DNA of 64,000 nucleotides from NCBI GenBank assembly GCA_018819405.1, contig JAHJQF010000001.1, forward strand, positions 226,097 to 290,096, read 5' to 3'. This stretch comes from Patescibacteria group bacterium (GTDB lineage: Bacteria; Patescibacteriota; Patescibacteriia; UBA1558; GWA2-36-10). How positions within the stretch are numbered: the first letter of the stretch is position 1; each line of letters begins with the position of its first letter. The notes below the pieces were generated by a model. That model was given only the letters and a program-made list of their open reading frames with translations, ran no database searches and was not told the origin of the DNA. Position numbers and translations under genes: made by a program. Positions 52,853 through 62,227 of this stretch are shown here, one piece after another.

Positions 52853-53458
52853 ATGTACGGAATTAGTGTCTTAGTTGCCACTGTGCTCTTGATTGTTTCA
52901 GGTCTGGACTATGTTCGTCGGGCCTGGATTGGTCAGACTAGCCCTGTTCCAGCCACCTGGATTCTGATTCAGGTCACTCTGACATTGTCCTTCTGGATGT
53001 ATTGGAATAGCCCAGAGAAATCTTGGACTGCCAACATCGCTGTTACCGCTGGTCTTGTCAATGCCAGTATTATCTTCTTCGGGGTGATGGCTTCTCATAT
53101 CCGTCACCGTACCTTGAGGGTAGCTTTCAACAAATTGCAGGCCTGGTGTTTGGTTGGCGGTGGCGTGATCGTCATCTTCTGGCTGATCAGTCGTCGGCCG
53201 TTGACTTCCTACATATTGGTTCAGTGCATCGCTTTGGTGGCCTACATTGGTACGGTCAAGAAGCTTTGGACGGCCAAGGGAAGTAGTGAACCGCTGTTCC
53301 TTTGGGCTGCCGTGTTGTCGGCAAGTGTCATTGCGATTTACCCTGCTTGGGTAAAACACGACATCTTTTCATGGGTTTACATAATCAGGGCTGTGCCTTC
53401 CACAAGTTTTGTGATCTACTTGATCAGCAGAGCCAAAGCTAGGAATGTACACACTTGA
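52853..53458 (+). CDS. hypothetical multi-TM membrane protein; high-GC islet
   Basis: ~52% GC; 5-6 TM; terminator gaaccgcc...ggcggttc at 53462-53495. Confidence 0.45.
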   Translation: MYGISVLVATVLLIVSGLDYVRRAWIGQTSPVPATWILIQVTLTLSFWMYWNSPEKSWTANIAVTAGLVNASIIFFGVMASHIRHRTLRVAFNKLQAWCLVGGGVIVIFWLISRRPLTSYILVQCIALVAYIGTVKKLWTAKGSSEPLFLWAAVLSASVIAIYPAWVKHDIFSWVYIIRAVPSTSFVIYLISRAKARNVHT

Positions 53459-53547
53459 TTCGAACCGCCAATATACCGAAAGGTTGAGGCGGTTCTTCTT
53501 TTTTCTCCAAAAAATTCTCCAAACAAAAAACAATCTCAAATTTCTTT

Positions 53548-53578
53548 CTTGCGAAACCAGATACGCGGCGCTGTGAAT
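53548..53578. repeat. cassette-array repeat family, minimal (~35 bp) form (element A)
   Basis: gcgaaaccagatacgcggcgctgtgaat ~ consensus agtccgcgaaccgcatacgcggtgttgtgcgat. Confidence 0.6.
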
Positions 53579-53583
53579 AAAAA

Positions 53584-54453
53584 TTATATATTTATTTTAA
53601 CTTCTTTAATATTGGAAGCAAGCCCGCCGATTTTAATTTCGATAATGCTGTTATTTTTGATTTTTAGATTGGCCAATATTTTAGAAGGTCTTTTCATTGA
53701 ATATCCTTGTTCAAAAGTCAAATTGTTTATTTGTTTTTTTAAGATTTTTCCATATTTAAATAAATAACAAGCCAGAGCACCAGTAGCGGTTCCAGTGGCT
53801 GATTCTTCAGAAATACCATATAGTGGAGCAAAATTTCTACAGTAGGCGTTTGAATTATATTTTGTCTCCAAAGTAAATAAATGATAGCCAATAGCTTTAT
53901 GTTTTTTAGCAATATTAGAAATGGAGTTGATATTTGGTTTTATTTTATCTAAAGCGTCAATAGATTTGATAGGTATAAGAATGTCCTTTAAACCAGTTGA
54001 TACAATTTGAATAGGTAAATCATTGGGAATTATTTTCTCTGGGATGTTCAATGATTTCGCTATTTCTTTTTTTTCGAGTTTATTTAAAAACTTTGGTAAG
54101 TTTTGGTTCATGAAAATGGCCTTATCTTTCTTAATTTCAATATTAAGAATCCCAGATTTTGATTCCAAAGTATAATGACCTGGCTTTAAAAGCTTTTTTT
54201 TAGCCAATAAATAAAAAGTAGCAATCGTTGCATGGCCACATAAATTGATTTCCTTATTTGGAGTAAAGAATCTTATTTTGAGAGTAGCTTTGTTTGATTT
54301 TTGAACAAAAGCGGTTTCAGAAAAAGCCACTTTTTTTGCGATTAATGACATCTGTTTTGTGGAAAGATTGTCTGAATTCAAAACTACTCCGGCAGGGTTA
54401 CCACCATTGGTTATTTTAGAAAATGCATTGAGTGTAAAGACTTTGATGTTCAT
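53584..54453 (-). CDS. PhzF family (phenazine biosynthesis-like) isomerase
   Basis: GNPAGVVL...SETAFV...CGHATIATF PhzF/DapF-fold motifs; internal Met chosen as start. Confidence 0.7.
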   Translation of the reverse strand: MNIKVFTLNAFSKITNGGNPAGVVLNSDNLSTKQMSLIAKKVAFSETAFVQKSNKATLKIRFFTPNKEINLCGHATIATFYLLAKKKLLKPGHYTLESKSGILNIEIKKDKAIFMNQNLPKFLNKLEKKEIAKSLNIPEKIIPNDLPIQIVSTGLKDILIPIKSIDALDKIKPNINSISNIAKKHKAIGYHLFTLETKYNSNAYCRNFAPLYGISEESATGTATGALACYLFKYGKILKKQINNLTFEQGYSMKRPSKILANLKIKNNSIIEIKIGGLASNIKEVKINI

Positions 54454-54489
54454 ATTTGGCACGACCCGTTCCAACTGGTCAAAGCTATT

Positions 54490-54864
54490 TTAGTCATCAT
54501 TGGCCACACATTGGCCATTTTGGCACTTTACTGTTAATCCGACATTATAGCAATCAAATTCTACCGGCGGGCAATTCTTATAATTGTAGTCTTTTGTTAG
54601 TTGTTTTATAGGCGCCTCATCGGCATCTTTATTTGCTAAATAGTAGCAACCAAAAAGATAGTCCTCTACAATCAGACAATCAGAATCAGATTCACAATAA
54701 TTCATAGCTGCTGTTATTTTATAGGATTTCTTGAATAAATCATTGCAACTTAATTCGTTATTATTTATGGTAGGAACCTGCTCAGAATTTTCTTTATTGA
54801 TACTAGAACAGCCTGTTAATAAAAGCACAAAAATAATTAAAAAAATGTTAATGTTTTTTTTCAT
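54490..54864 (-). CDS. small Cys-rich lipoprotein
   Basis: Lipobox LLTGCSS; multiple Cys pairs. Confidence 0.5.
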   Translation of the reverse strand: MKKNINIFLIIFVLLLTGCSSINKENSEQVPTINNNELSCNDLFKKSYKITAAMNYCESDSDCLIVEDYLFGCYYLANKDADEAPIKQLTKDYNYKNCPPVEFDCYNVGLTVKCQNGQCVANDD

Positions 54865-54920
54865 AGTTTTATATTATTCATTAAATTTTTATATATTTTT
54901 GTAATATCTCTTTCAGTTAA

Positions 54921-55030
54921 TAGGTCAGTATATGCGAAGTCGTGATTGAGCGAATATGATATAACAGTGAGTTTGTTGCACCGGCATATTTGAGAAAGAA
55001 CGTTTTGCCTTAGCGGACGTGAAAAATAAA
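54921..55030. repeat. cassette-array repeat family, long form (element B)
   Basis: tatgcgaagtcgtgattgagc...palindromic core...gaaagaacgttttgccttagcggac...aaataaaattatt. Confidence 0.7.
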
Positions 55031-55031
55031 A

Positions 55032-55736
55032 TTATTGTTCAGTAGGAGGACAATAGTGATATTGATTTGCTTCGCACTTGTAAGTCCCATCAGCATAACC
55101 AACTAATAAACTATCTAGATTGGATCCATTCCATTTGTGACCATCAAATGTTCGAGTATTTTTTTTAATGCAAGCAAATCCTTTTAGGCATATTGGGTCG
55201 TCTTTTAAAAATTCGCCAGCCTGACAAATTCCTCCTTTTTTAGCATAATCAATAGAAAGATTTATGCATCCTTGTAAGTCACCAGTTTTTTCATTTACTG
55301 TGTTTGCGCAACGGTCTATATAATATGTCATGTCGGCGCATTCTTTATAAGAGTTGGCATTTTTAGATAACTCGTATTCTTGTTTTTTTAATCTATTTAT
55401 TGAAATTTCACTTCTAACGTCTATTAATACGTATAATGCAAAATTAAATAAAATTAATTCAGCAATAATTGCCATTATCGAAATAATAAAGAACCCTTTT
55501 TTATCTTTACTTTTTCCGCCTTTTATTATAATCATTAATATAGTTATAAATATTGGGAAAATAATAAATAGCCAAAGAGGTATCACAAAAGCATCAAATC
55601 CTTCGAGTACACCTTCCTTTAATCCAATATATAGTAGATATATGGTAAGAATATAGAAGGCGACACCTAGTGATGAATAAATAATAAGAATTGTCCTAAA
55701 CATTTTTTTATTAATTTTTTGGTTATTAATTTTCAT
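55032..55736 (-). CDS. hypothetical membrane protein with C-terminal Cys-rich extracytoplasmic domain
   Basis: 4 TM helices then Cys-rich ~110-aa domain. Confidence 0.45.
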   Translation of the reverse strand: MKINNQKINKKMFRTILIIYSSLGVAFYILTIYLLYIGLKEGVLEGFDAFVIPLWLFIIFPIFITILMIIIKGGKSKDKKGFFIISIMAIIAELILFNFALYVLIDVRSEISINRLKKQEYELSKNANSYKECADMTYYIDRCANTVNEKTGDLQGCINLSIDYAKKGGICQAGEFLKDDPICLKGFACIKKNTRTFDGHKWNGSNLDSLLVGYADGTYKCEANQYHYCPPTEQ

Positions 55737-55770
55737 GACTTTATGTTTGTTAAAAATAATTTTGTTCTTA

Positions 55771-55872
55771 GATCACGAACCGCATATGGGGTGTTGCTCG
55801 CCTGCCAAAGCCCCGTCTGCCATGACTGGCATGTCGGGCAGGTACACTTGGCGTAGCGGACGAGTGCTATGT
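55771..55872. repeat. cassette-array repeat family, composite form (element C)
   Basis: gatcacgaaccgcatatggggtgttgctcgcc + nested palindrome + ggcgtagcggacgagtgc. Confidence 0.6.
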
Positions 55873-55963
55873 ATCGTTCACTTTAACAAATATTTTTAGG
55901 AATAGGGGATTGTCTCGTAAGATCAATCCCCGAAAGAGGCTGGTTTTAGTTGTGTTGGGCTCG

Positions 55964-56134
55964 TTATTTAGAGCCTTCTTTTGCCTGGCGAAGCATAGTA
56001 TCAGCCGTCATTCGAAGTGCGTGTCTGTAATCTTCGATGTAGGTGGGTAGGAATCTAGTGTGGTGTTCACCGGGCTTTGTTGGTCTTGATATAGACTTAC
56101 CTTTCAATAGTTCTCTTGCGTCGATGCATCTCAT
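55964..56134 (-). CDS. small (56 aa) hypothetical protein; high-GC; possible HicA-like toxin (weak)
   Basis: AGGAGGTGG SD 5 nt upstream of ATG; not in ORF track (<60 aa); ~48% GC; sits alone between two repeat elements. Confidence 0.35.
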   Translation of the reverse strand: MRCIDARELLKGKSISRPTKPGEHHTRFLPTYIEDYRHALRMTADTMLRQAKEGSK

Positions 56135-56228
56135 ATCCACCTCCTTTCAGCCTCCTAAAAGTATTTGTTAAAGAAACATTAATATATAATCTTAGTTATT
56201 AAATATTCTCTTGTCAATTTAGAGCGAT

Positions 56229-56337
56229 ATTTCATCTAACAGGACAGCGTATGCGAAGTCGTGATTGAGCCTATGTGGTAAGATTCGCGTAGCGACCACA
56301 TAGGTGAAAGAACGATTTGGCCGAGCGGACTGCAAAA
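56229..56337. repeat. cassette-array repeat family, long form (element D)
   Basis: atttcatctaacaggacagcgtatgcgaagtcgtgattgagc-ctatgtggt..accacatag-gtgaaagaacgatttggccgagcggactgc; abuts NUDIX stop codon. Confidence 0.75.
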
Positions 56338-56877
56338 TTAATAATTTTTATTACACAGAAATATATTTAAGGCAGCTACACTAATGCCGCAGTTTATTTC
56401 ACCTTTTTCAGTCATATTTTTTACTTTGGCTATTTTTATGTTTTTTATTTCAGAAATATCTTCATCACCCCCTTTAAAGTCTAGGCCTATTTTTGACTTG
56501 TCTAAGTTGGTGGCTAAAAGTACATGAACAAAAGTGTCTTCATGACCAGGAGCAATGAAAAAGCCACCTATTTTTTTTATGTTTTTTGCTTTTAGTCCTG
56601 TTTCTTCAAATAATTCTTTTTTGCCCTCTTTTAAGATATTTTTCCCTTCCATTGAGCCGGCTGGTAATTGCCACACTTTTTTATTTATTGGGTATCTGTA
56701 TTCTTTGGTAAAAAATATAGATTTGTCATCATCTAAAGCTATTATTACTACACCAGAAGATTTTTTCAAAAAACTGTATATCCCTTTTTTACCATTTGGC
56801 CTTATTACAGTATGGTCTTCTATTTTAAACCAGGGGTTTTTATAGGATATTTTTGATTTTATTTTTTTATATCTCAT
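56338..56877 (-). CDS. NUDIX hydrolase (ADP-ribose pyrophosphatase-like)
   Basis: Nudix box GSMEGKNILKEGKKELFEETGL. Confidence 0.75.
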   Translation of the reverse strand: MRYKKIKSKISYKNPWFKIEDHTVIRPNGKKGIYSFLKKSSGVVIIALDDDKSIFFTKEYRYPINKKVWQLPAGSMEGKNILKEGKKELFEETGLKAKNIKKIGGFFIAPGHEDTFVHVLLATNLDKSKIGLDFKGGDEDISEIKNIKIAKVKNMTEKGEINCGISVAALNIFLCNKNY

Positions 56878-56892
56878 ATTTTTATATAAATA

Positions 56893-56927
56893 GTGCTCGG
56901 TATACCATTTGTAGATGTACCGAGCAC
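56893..56927. repeat. simple 12-bp-stem palindrome between cassettes
   Basis: gtgctcggtata-ccatttgtaga-tgtaccgagcac. Confidence 0.5.
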
Positions 56928-56939
56928 AGAATAGTTTTA

Positions 56940-57353
56940 TTACACATGTAATTCTTCATCACAATTTATGCAGCGCAATTTTTTCTTACCAGCCTTTTCA
57001 TCAACTACAGCGTAGAGATGATTACATTGTATACCTCTACGCAAGTGAAAGTGGCTGATCATTGCTCCCATCAGAGCGTAGTTAGCGATATCTAGAAAGT
57101 CTTCTACTATACTTTCATCAGCGATGGTTTCATCATCTGAAAAAAGTCTAGCTAGTTTGTCACGTATCCTTACGAATATTCCTACAACTCCATACTCTAC
57201 AAAAACACTTTTATAGGCGTTATTTTTTTCTATGAAAAGACCCAGTGCTTCTCTCAAAATGGCCTGATACCTTTTGGTCATGGGAGGATCTTCAGGCTTG
57301 GGCAATTCTTTGTCAGCGAACTTCAAGGTGTAGCTGCCTTTTTTCCTAGTCAT
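56940..57353 (-). CDS. hypothetical protein, possible MazG-like all-alpha NTP pyrophosphohydrolase with C-terminal zinc ribbon
   Basis: EALGLFIEKNNAY...ESIVEDFLDIANYALMGAMI resembles MazG EExxE/D helices; CNH...CINC ribbon; low certainty. Confidence 0.3.
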   Translation of the reverse strand: MTRKKGSYTLKFADKELPKPEDPPMTKRYQAILREALGLFIEKNNAYKSVFVEYGVVGIFVRIRDKLARLFSDDETIADESIVEDFLDIANYALMGAMISHFHLRRGIQCNHLYAVVDEKAGKKKLRCINCDEELHV

Positions 57354-57444
57354 TTTTGACTCCCCTTAGCTTGATGGTGGTAGATTATTTAAGGAACTAT
57401 TTCTAGTAAAGTTATACCATTATGCTTAGTGTATGTCAATTTTT

Positions 57445-57479
57445 CAGTCCGCGAATCAGATACGCGGTGTTGGGCGATG
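57445..57479. repeat. cassette-array repeat family, minimal form (element E)
   Basis: cagtccgcgaatcagatacgcggtgttgggcgatg. Confidence 0.65.
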
Positions 57480-57501
57480 TAAAAATAAATTCCTTTTTTA
57501 T

Positions 57502-57840
57502 TTAATTTGTTGCAATTCCAAAGTATAAAAATTTTACATCCAAATCAAATGGATTAGTTTGAAAATGTTTTTCATTTGGTTCAATTGTAATGCAGTCGCC
57601 CTCACTTACTTCTGTTTCATTATTATTGATATTAAAGATAGCCTTACCTGATATAATAAAAAATACCTCATACATTGTATCATGCGCATGACTTTGAGAA
57701 GATTGGCCTGGTTTTAAAATAGCCTTGCTAAATGTCATTAGTTGTGGAATTTCTCCTTTGGCTATTAAAATTTTCTTTTTTATTTCTGGATTATGGGAAA
57801 CACTATCTCCAGGAATATTTTTTATACTTACTATTTTCAT
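57502..57840 (-). CDS. cupin-domain protein
   Basis: HAHDTMYEVFFIISGKA...EVSEGDCITIEPNEKH cupin motifs. Confidence 0.7.
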   Translation of the reverse strand: MKIVSIKNIPGDSVSHNPEIKKKILIAKGEIPQLMTFSKAILKPGQSSQSHAHDTMYEVFFIISGKAIFNINNNETEVSEGDCITIEPNEKHFQTNPFDLDVKFLYFGIATN

Positions 57841-57859
57841 AATATAGGAATTTATTTTT

Positions 57860-57990
57860 ATTTCATCTAACGTTCATGACTATGCGACGTTTGCCAGTGG
57901 TAAAATGCGCTGAAAGCGTACCACTGGCAAATGTGGGAGAATGACTGAGCGAAGCGAAGGAATGAACCGCGTAGTCATTGTTAGGCGATG
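57860..57990. repeat. cassette-array repeat family, long TIR-bounded form (element F)
   Basis: atttcatctaacgttcatgactatgcgacg - perfect 13-bp palindrome tttgccagtggta...taccactggcaaa - ...gaaccgcgtagtcattgttaggcgatg. Confidence 0.7.
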
Positions 57991-58003
57991 TTACTTAAAA
58001 ATT

Positions 58004-58738
58004 TTACTTTATGCACTTAATAAGTAATCTTGCTTTAAAGAATTTTCCAATTATTGGTAAATAACTTATAAAATGAAAAACAGATAAGAGTTTTATATAA
58101 TGGGGCAAATAATAGATTACTATATTTTTGAATCCAACTTTCTCCAATAAATTGATATGTTTTTTTACATTTCTTATCCCAATATGTCCTACCGACTGTT
58201 TTAGAATTCCATTTTTTTTGCATAACTCAAGAAAATAATCCCCATTTGGAGTATGGAGATAGAGCTTCCCGTTTGGCTTTAATGTATTTCGAATGGCTGT
58301 AAAAATAGAAATGAAATCATCGTCATAAACATGTTCACTGAAGTCCATAGAAAAAGCTTGATCGAATTCATTATCGTGTTCTTCTGAAAATTTGATTATA
58401 TCATTACAGTTGAACCGAGTATTTCTAATATTAAGTGCTTTATGTCTTCTTTTTGCAAGATTTATGAATTGTTCTGAAAAATCTACACCAGTATAGGATT
58501 TTACTCTATTGTGAATCAGCTCACCCCAAAGACCATTTCCGCAACCGTATTCGACAACACGAAAATCTGAATTGAATTTAATGGGCTTTAGTAAATTTTC
58601 AAGTCGCTTTTTTTGTCGAAGATAAGTTTTAAAATAGGGATTATTTTCTTCTCCACTATTAATTAACTCCATCCATTTATGGGGTGCATCTAGCTGGTAA
58701 ATATCTTTTAATTGTTTTTTTGATAATTTGTTTTTCAT
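58004..58738 (-). CDS. class I SAM-dependent methyltransferase
   Basis: Motif I VVEYGCGNGLWG; motif post-I/II spacing typical. Confidence 0.75.
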   Translation of the reverse strand: MKNKLSKKQLKDIYQLDAPHKWMELINSGEENNPYFKTYLRQKKRLENLLKPIKFNSDFRVVEYGCGNGLWGELIHNRVKSYTGVDFSEQFINLAKRRHKALNIRNTRFNCNDIIKFSEEHDNEFDQAFSMDFSEHVYDDDFISIFTAIRNTLKPNGKLYLHTPNGDYFLELCKKNGILKQSVGHIGIRNVKKHINLLEKVGFKNIVIYYLPHYIKLLSVFHFISYLPIIGKFFKARLLIKCIK

Positions 58739-58763
58739 TTTAATTGGTTAAAATTTTTAAGTA

Positions 58764-58875
58764 ATTTCATCTATCAGACAAGCGTATGAAAAGTCGTGAA
58801 CGAGTAGCGTGCTACAATTTCTGCGAAGCAGAGCACGCTAGGAGTCGAAGGGTTTGGGTGAGCGGACAAATAAAA
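58764..58875. repeat. cassette-array repeat family, long form
   Basis: atttcatctatcagacaagcgtatgaaaagtcgtgaacgag - tagcgtgct..agcacgcta - ggagtcgaagggtttgggtgagcggacaaataaaattatt. Confidence 0.75.
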
Positions 58876-59415
58876 TTATTCTAAGACATACTCCCAGCCA
58901 GGTTGCCAAGATTTGGTATTTCTCCAATCTTCATCAATAGCTTCTTGCCAAGTTTTCCCTTTAGTTAACACCTCTAAGGCTAATTGAGGAGCTTTGTGTG
59001 CCATGATGGCTATATGTTTATTATTATAGTTTTCTTTCAAAAAGTCCAGAAAGTCTTTTATTCTATCTTCTACATTTTTTAGACTCTCGCCATTAGGAAA
59101 TGGAGTGTCTACATATTTTTTGTAATCAACATTTTTTTCATTAGATTGATTGAAATCTCCATAGTTGCATTCTCGTAATCTTTTATCTTGAGCAATTTCA
59201 TATTTACCTTCAAATCCTAAATTAGCAGAGTCTACCGCTCTTTTTAGGTCTGAACAAAACATAATATCAAATTTTTTATTGGCAACCTGGCTTCCTAAGT
59301 CTTTGGCTTGCTGTATTCCTAATGCTGACAACTCTCCTGGCGCCCAACCAGTGCTGAGATTTTTTTCATTGTCGGCTGTTGTTCCATGAACAAAATATGT
59401 TATTTTTACACTCAT
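58876..59415 (-). CDS. histidine phosphatase superfamily (phosphoglycerate-mutase-like) protein
   Basis: N-terminal ITYFVHGTTADN (RHG-like catalytic motif variant), ...AIMAHKAPQLAL.. Confidence 0.6.
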   Translation of the reverse strand: MSVKITYFVHGTTADNEKNLSTGWAPGELSALGIQQAKDLGSQVANKKFDIMFCSDLKRAVDSANLGFEGKYEIAQDKRLRECNYGDFNQSNEKNVDYKKYVDTPFPNGESLKNVEDRIKDFLDFLKENYNNKHIAIMAHKAPQLALEVLTKGKTWQEAIDEDWRNTKSWQPGWEYVLE

Positions 59416-59427
59416 ATAATTTTATTT

Positions 59428-59461
59428 AGTCCGCGAACCGCATACGTGGTGATAGGTGATG
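59428..59461. repeat. cassette-array repeat family, minimal form
   Basis: agtccgcgaaccgcatacgtggtgataggtgatg. Confidence 0.65.
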
Positions 59462-59578
59462 TACATTTTTTCTTAAACTTTGGAGAATTTTATTTCTTAA
59501 AAGTAGAATTTGATTTTTATCAATTTTGGCGAGGGCGCAGAGGGGGTTAGGGGGTGAATGCGCCCGAGCCGAAAAAGA

Positions 59579-60871
59579 TTATTTTAATAAGTCGTCTAAT
59601 CCACAGGAAAGAAGAGCAGCTTTGTTTAGTAATATTTGTTCTTTTTGATTTAAATTATCAGCAGTCATTCGAATTACTTTAGTAGTTATGATTTCGCCTA
59701 ACATTATATGGTTGGTTTTTTTAAAATATTCTTCAATTTTTTTATAGAATAATTCTGCATATTGCATTAATTTTTCCTGTGAAGGAGGATTACTAGTCCA
59801 GCCATTGCTATTAAATTTAAATAGTTTTTTTATTTTTTCACTAGTTTCAATTAATAAATTTCCTTCGCCGAAATCAATCCAGTAATCACTAATGCGAAGT
59901 ATAATCTTAACTTGTTTATTTTCAGTGGTGTTATACTGATACATAAAAGAGAATATATCTGTATGAAAATCTTGGTATACATTTATTTTTTCGAGAGTAG
60001 TTACCGTGTAGATTTTATATTCTTCTAGTGATCGTAAATAGCTAGTTCGCCAATTAGCAAGCCAATTGTTTATGAATGTTTGATCTATAAATAGAGGTGT
60101 TAAATCTTGTTTCAAGTTATCGTCAGTTTTTTCATTATTTAATATCTTGATAGTTATTTTATTAAAGAGTTCTTTAGGATCAGCAAACTTAATATCTTTC
60201 GCTGCCAGATAGTCTAAATCTGGTATAATTTTTTTTGACATGTACCATAGTAAATCATAAATATCACGTCCTTTTTCTTCATATATACTTTTGTCAACTC
60301 CACGTTGCCCACGTAAAAAAATAGCGGCAATTTTGCTGGCCATAAGAGCCGATAGATTATATGTTTTTATGGCAAAAGAGAATTGGTCTTTATTTTTTGG
60401 TATGTTTTCGGTGACTACTGTTTTAGGAGGAACAAAATGGTTTAAATCAATTTTAATGTGTACTTGTTTAGAGGAGAAATCCAACCCTAACTCTTCACCT
60501 ATATGAAATTTTAGTGTGAGGCCTCTATTGTTAGTAACCCCAATTGTTAGAAAATCAGTGTCAATATTATAAACGTTTTTAAAATGAGCTACGATTTCTT
60601 CCTTTAATTTATCTAAGAAGTCATTTGTGATTGCATGGTCTACTTCGAAATCTAAATCGACCGACATTCTGTTTAGTTCATGACATATGCGAAGTGCAGA
60701 GCCACCATACATAATCCAATCGCTATATTTTGGGTGATGATATATAAAATTTAGTACATAAAATTGTAGCTCTTCTTTTATAGCATTACGTTGCGTCTCC
60801 GCAGTGGCGCCTCCATATGCAGATATTTCTTCTAGCTTTTTTTTAAGCGCTATAATAATTTGATTATTCAT
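59579..60871 (-). CDS. AbiEii/AbiGii-like nucleotidyltransferase toxin (DUF1814), unusually long (430 aa)
   Basis: YGGSALRICHELNRMSVDLDF matches AbiEii GG(T/S)AL...R.S.DLDF motif; overlaps upstream partner gene by 8 nt. Confidence 0.6.
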   Translation of the reverse strand: MNNQIIIALKKKLEEISAYGGATAETQRNAIKEELQFYVLNFIYHHPKYSDWIMYGGSALRICHELNRMSVDLDFEVDHAITNDFLDKLKEEIVAHFKNVYNIDTDFLTIGVTNNRGLTLKFHIGEELGLDFSSKQVHIKIDLNHFVPPKTVVTENIPKNKDQFSFAIKTYNLSALMASKIAAIFLRGQRGVDKSIYEEKGRDIYDLLWYMSKKIIPDLDYLAAKDIKFADPKELFNKITIKILNNEKTDDNLKQDLTPLFIDQTFINNWLANWRTSYLRSLEEYKIYTVTTLEKINVYQDFHTDIFSFMYQYNTTENKQVKIILRISDYWIDFGEGNLLIETSEKIKKLFKFNSNGWTSNPPSQEKLMQYAELFYKKIEEYFKKTNHIMLGEIITTKVIRMTADNLNQKEQILLNKAALLSCGLDDLLK

Positions 60872-61499
60872 GACGTATATAATTATTTATCATTAAGTAG
60901 AATTTATTTTTTTCCTCTTCATCCATTTCATTTATGTCAATACGTAGATCATTAATTATTGAGTCAACATCTTTAATCTTTATGCCTCGGAATTGTTTAG
61001 TTTTGAAGTAAAGTAGATCAAATAGAGCTTTAGATGGAGGGGCAATAAAAAATTCAAACTTATCTTTTATTAAAGAAAAATTTGAGAATAAATCTTTTTT
61101 TAAAGATCGATATGAAAAAGTACCTATCTTAGTTTTGTAGTTTCTAGTGACCTTTGGTGTGACTGATATTGTGGTGTGTATTATTTCAGTAGAAAGATTA
61201 TAATACTGGAGTGCTGTCCACGAGCTTATATAAGATGGTTTTTTAATGATATTAGCAAGGAAGAAAGAATAGGATAGATTATTTTTATTACTATTATAAA
61301 AATGCGTTGATACATATAAGCCCCTTTTGAGAGGAATAATTTCTTTATCTTTTAAGAAGCGACTTATATATGTGTTAAGAGTGCTATCTTTTAGATTGTA
61401 GCTTTTTTCATTTTTGCCTAATTGGTAAATACGCTCTTTACTGAAATATGGTAAAGATTTTAATTCTTCAAGTAGATTGTTTTTTGATTTACGTTTCAT
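60864..61499 (-). CDS. AbiEi-like antitoxin / transcriptional regulator (type IV TA partner)
   Basis: YISSWTALQYYNL resembles AbiEi S.ESAL..HGL motif; N-terminal basic wHTH-like region; operonic with AbiEii-like gene. Confidence 0.5.
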   Translation of the reverse strand: MKRKSKNNLLEELKSLPYFSKERIYQLGKNEKSYNLKDSTLNTYISRFLKDKEIIPLKRGLYVSTHFYNSNKNNLSYSFFLANIIKKPSYISSWTALQYYNLSTEIIHTTISVTPKVTRNYKTKIGTFSYRSLKKDLFSNFSLIKDKFEFFIAPPSKALFDLLYFKTKQFRGIKIKDVDSIINDLRIDINEMDEEEKNKFYLMINNYIRHE

Positions 61500-61663
61500 A
61501 TGTATGACATAATTGTATTATATCTGAAATACCATGTCAATAGATATATATTAATTTGTCTAATATTAGGTAAAATACCATAAACCCCCTAACTAAAATA
61601 AATAAAAATCAAATTCGTATCGTTATCAAAAAAGCTGGTCTAAAACCAGCAAGGAAAAATGTA

Positions 61664-61775
61664 TTTCATCTATCAGACGTGCGTATGCGAAGTCGTGATT
61701 GAGCAAATATGATAAAATTATTTGAAATCATATTTGCGAAAGAACGATTTGGGTGAGCGGACTAAATTATTTGCC
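61664..61775. repeat. cassette-array repeat family, long form
   Basis: atttcatctatcagacgtgcgtatgcgaagtcgtgattgagc - aaatatgat..atcatattt - gcgaaagaacgatttgggtgagcggactaaattatt. Confidence 0.75.
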
Positions 61776-61843
61776 AAGTATTATTAAATGGATGAGAGGA
61801 CGACGGGATGCCGTCCTCTCTAGATTCTTGAGGTACACGATGT

Positions 61844-62083
61844 CTATTTTCCGGAAGACTTAGTAGGCCGATTGGGTATTCGTGATATCTGCCAGAGGCA
61901 GAATGCGGTGCCAAGTACCACCACTGCTACCAACACAGGCAGTACTTTGATACTTTCCAGCAAGTAGGAAAGTACTTGTCCTCGCTGTTCGGCACCCATG
62001 ATTGCCAGTAGCACGATCGTCAAGACGATCAGCGTGCCAAGAAACAGCCAGAAAGGACGGCTACTTTTCTTCTCGGTTTTCAC
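61844..62083 (-). CDS. small hypothetical membrane protein; high-GC
   Basis: 2 TM helices; ~52% GC; between repeat elements. Confidence 0.4.
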   Translation of the reverse strand: MKTEKKSSRPFWLFLGTLIVLTIVLLAIMGAEQRGQVLSYLLESIKVLPVLVAVVVLGTAFCLWQISRIPNRPTKSSGK

Positions 62084-62165
62084 CTCGTTACCTCCTAGTT
62101 GAAGAACAGTGACTTTAGCTCACTTTTAAAGTATATTTCAAATTTATTTATAGGGCAAATAATTT

Positions 62166-62199
62166 AGTCCGCGAACCGCATACGCGGTGTTGTGCGATC
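62166..62199. repeat. cassette-array repeat family, minimal form
   Basis: agtccgcgaaccgcatacgcggtgttgtgcgatcg. Confidence 0.7.
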
Positions 62200-62227
62200 G
62201 TGTGATTTGTGTTATTTTAGTAATATT

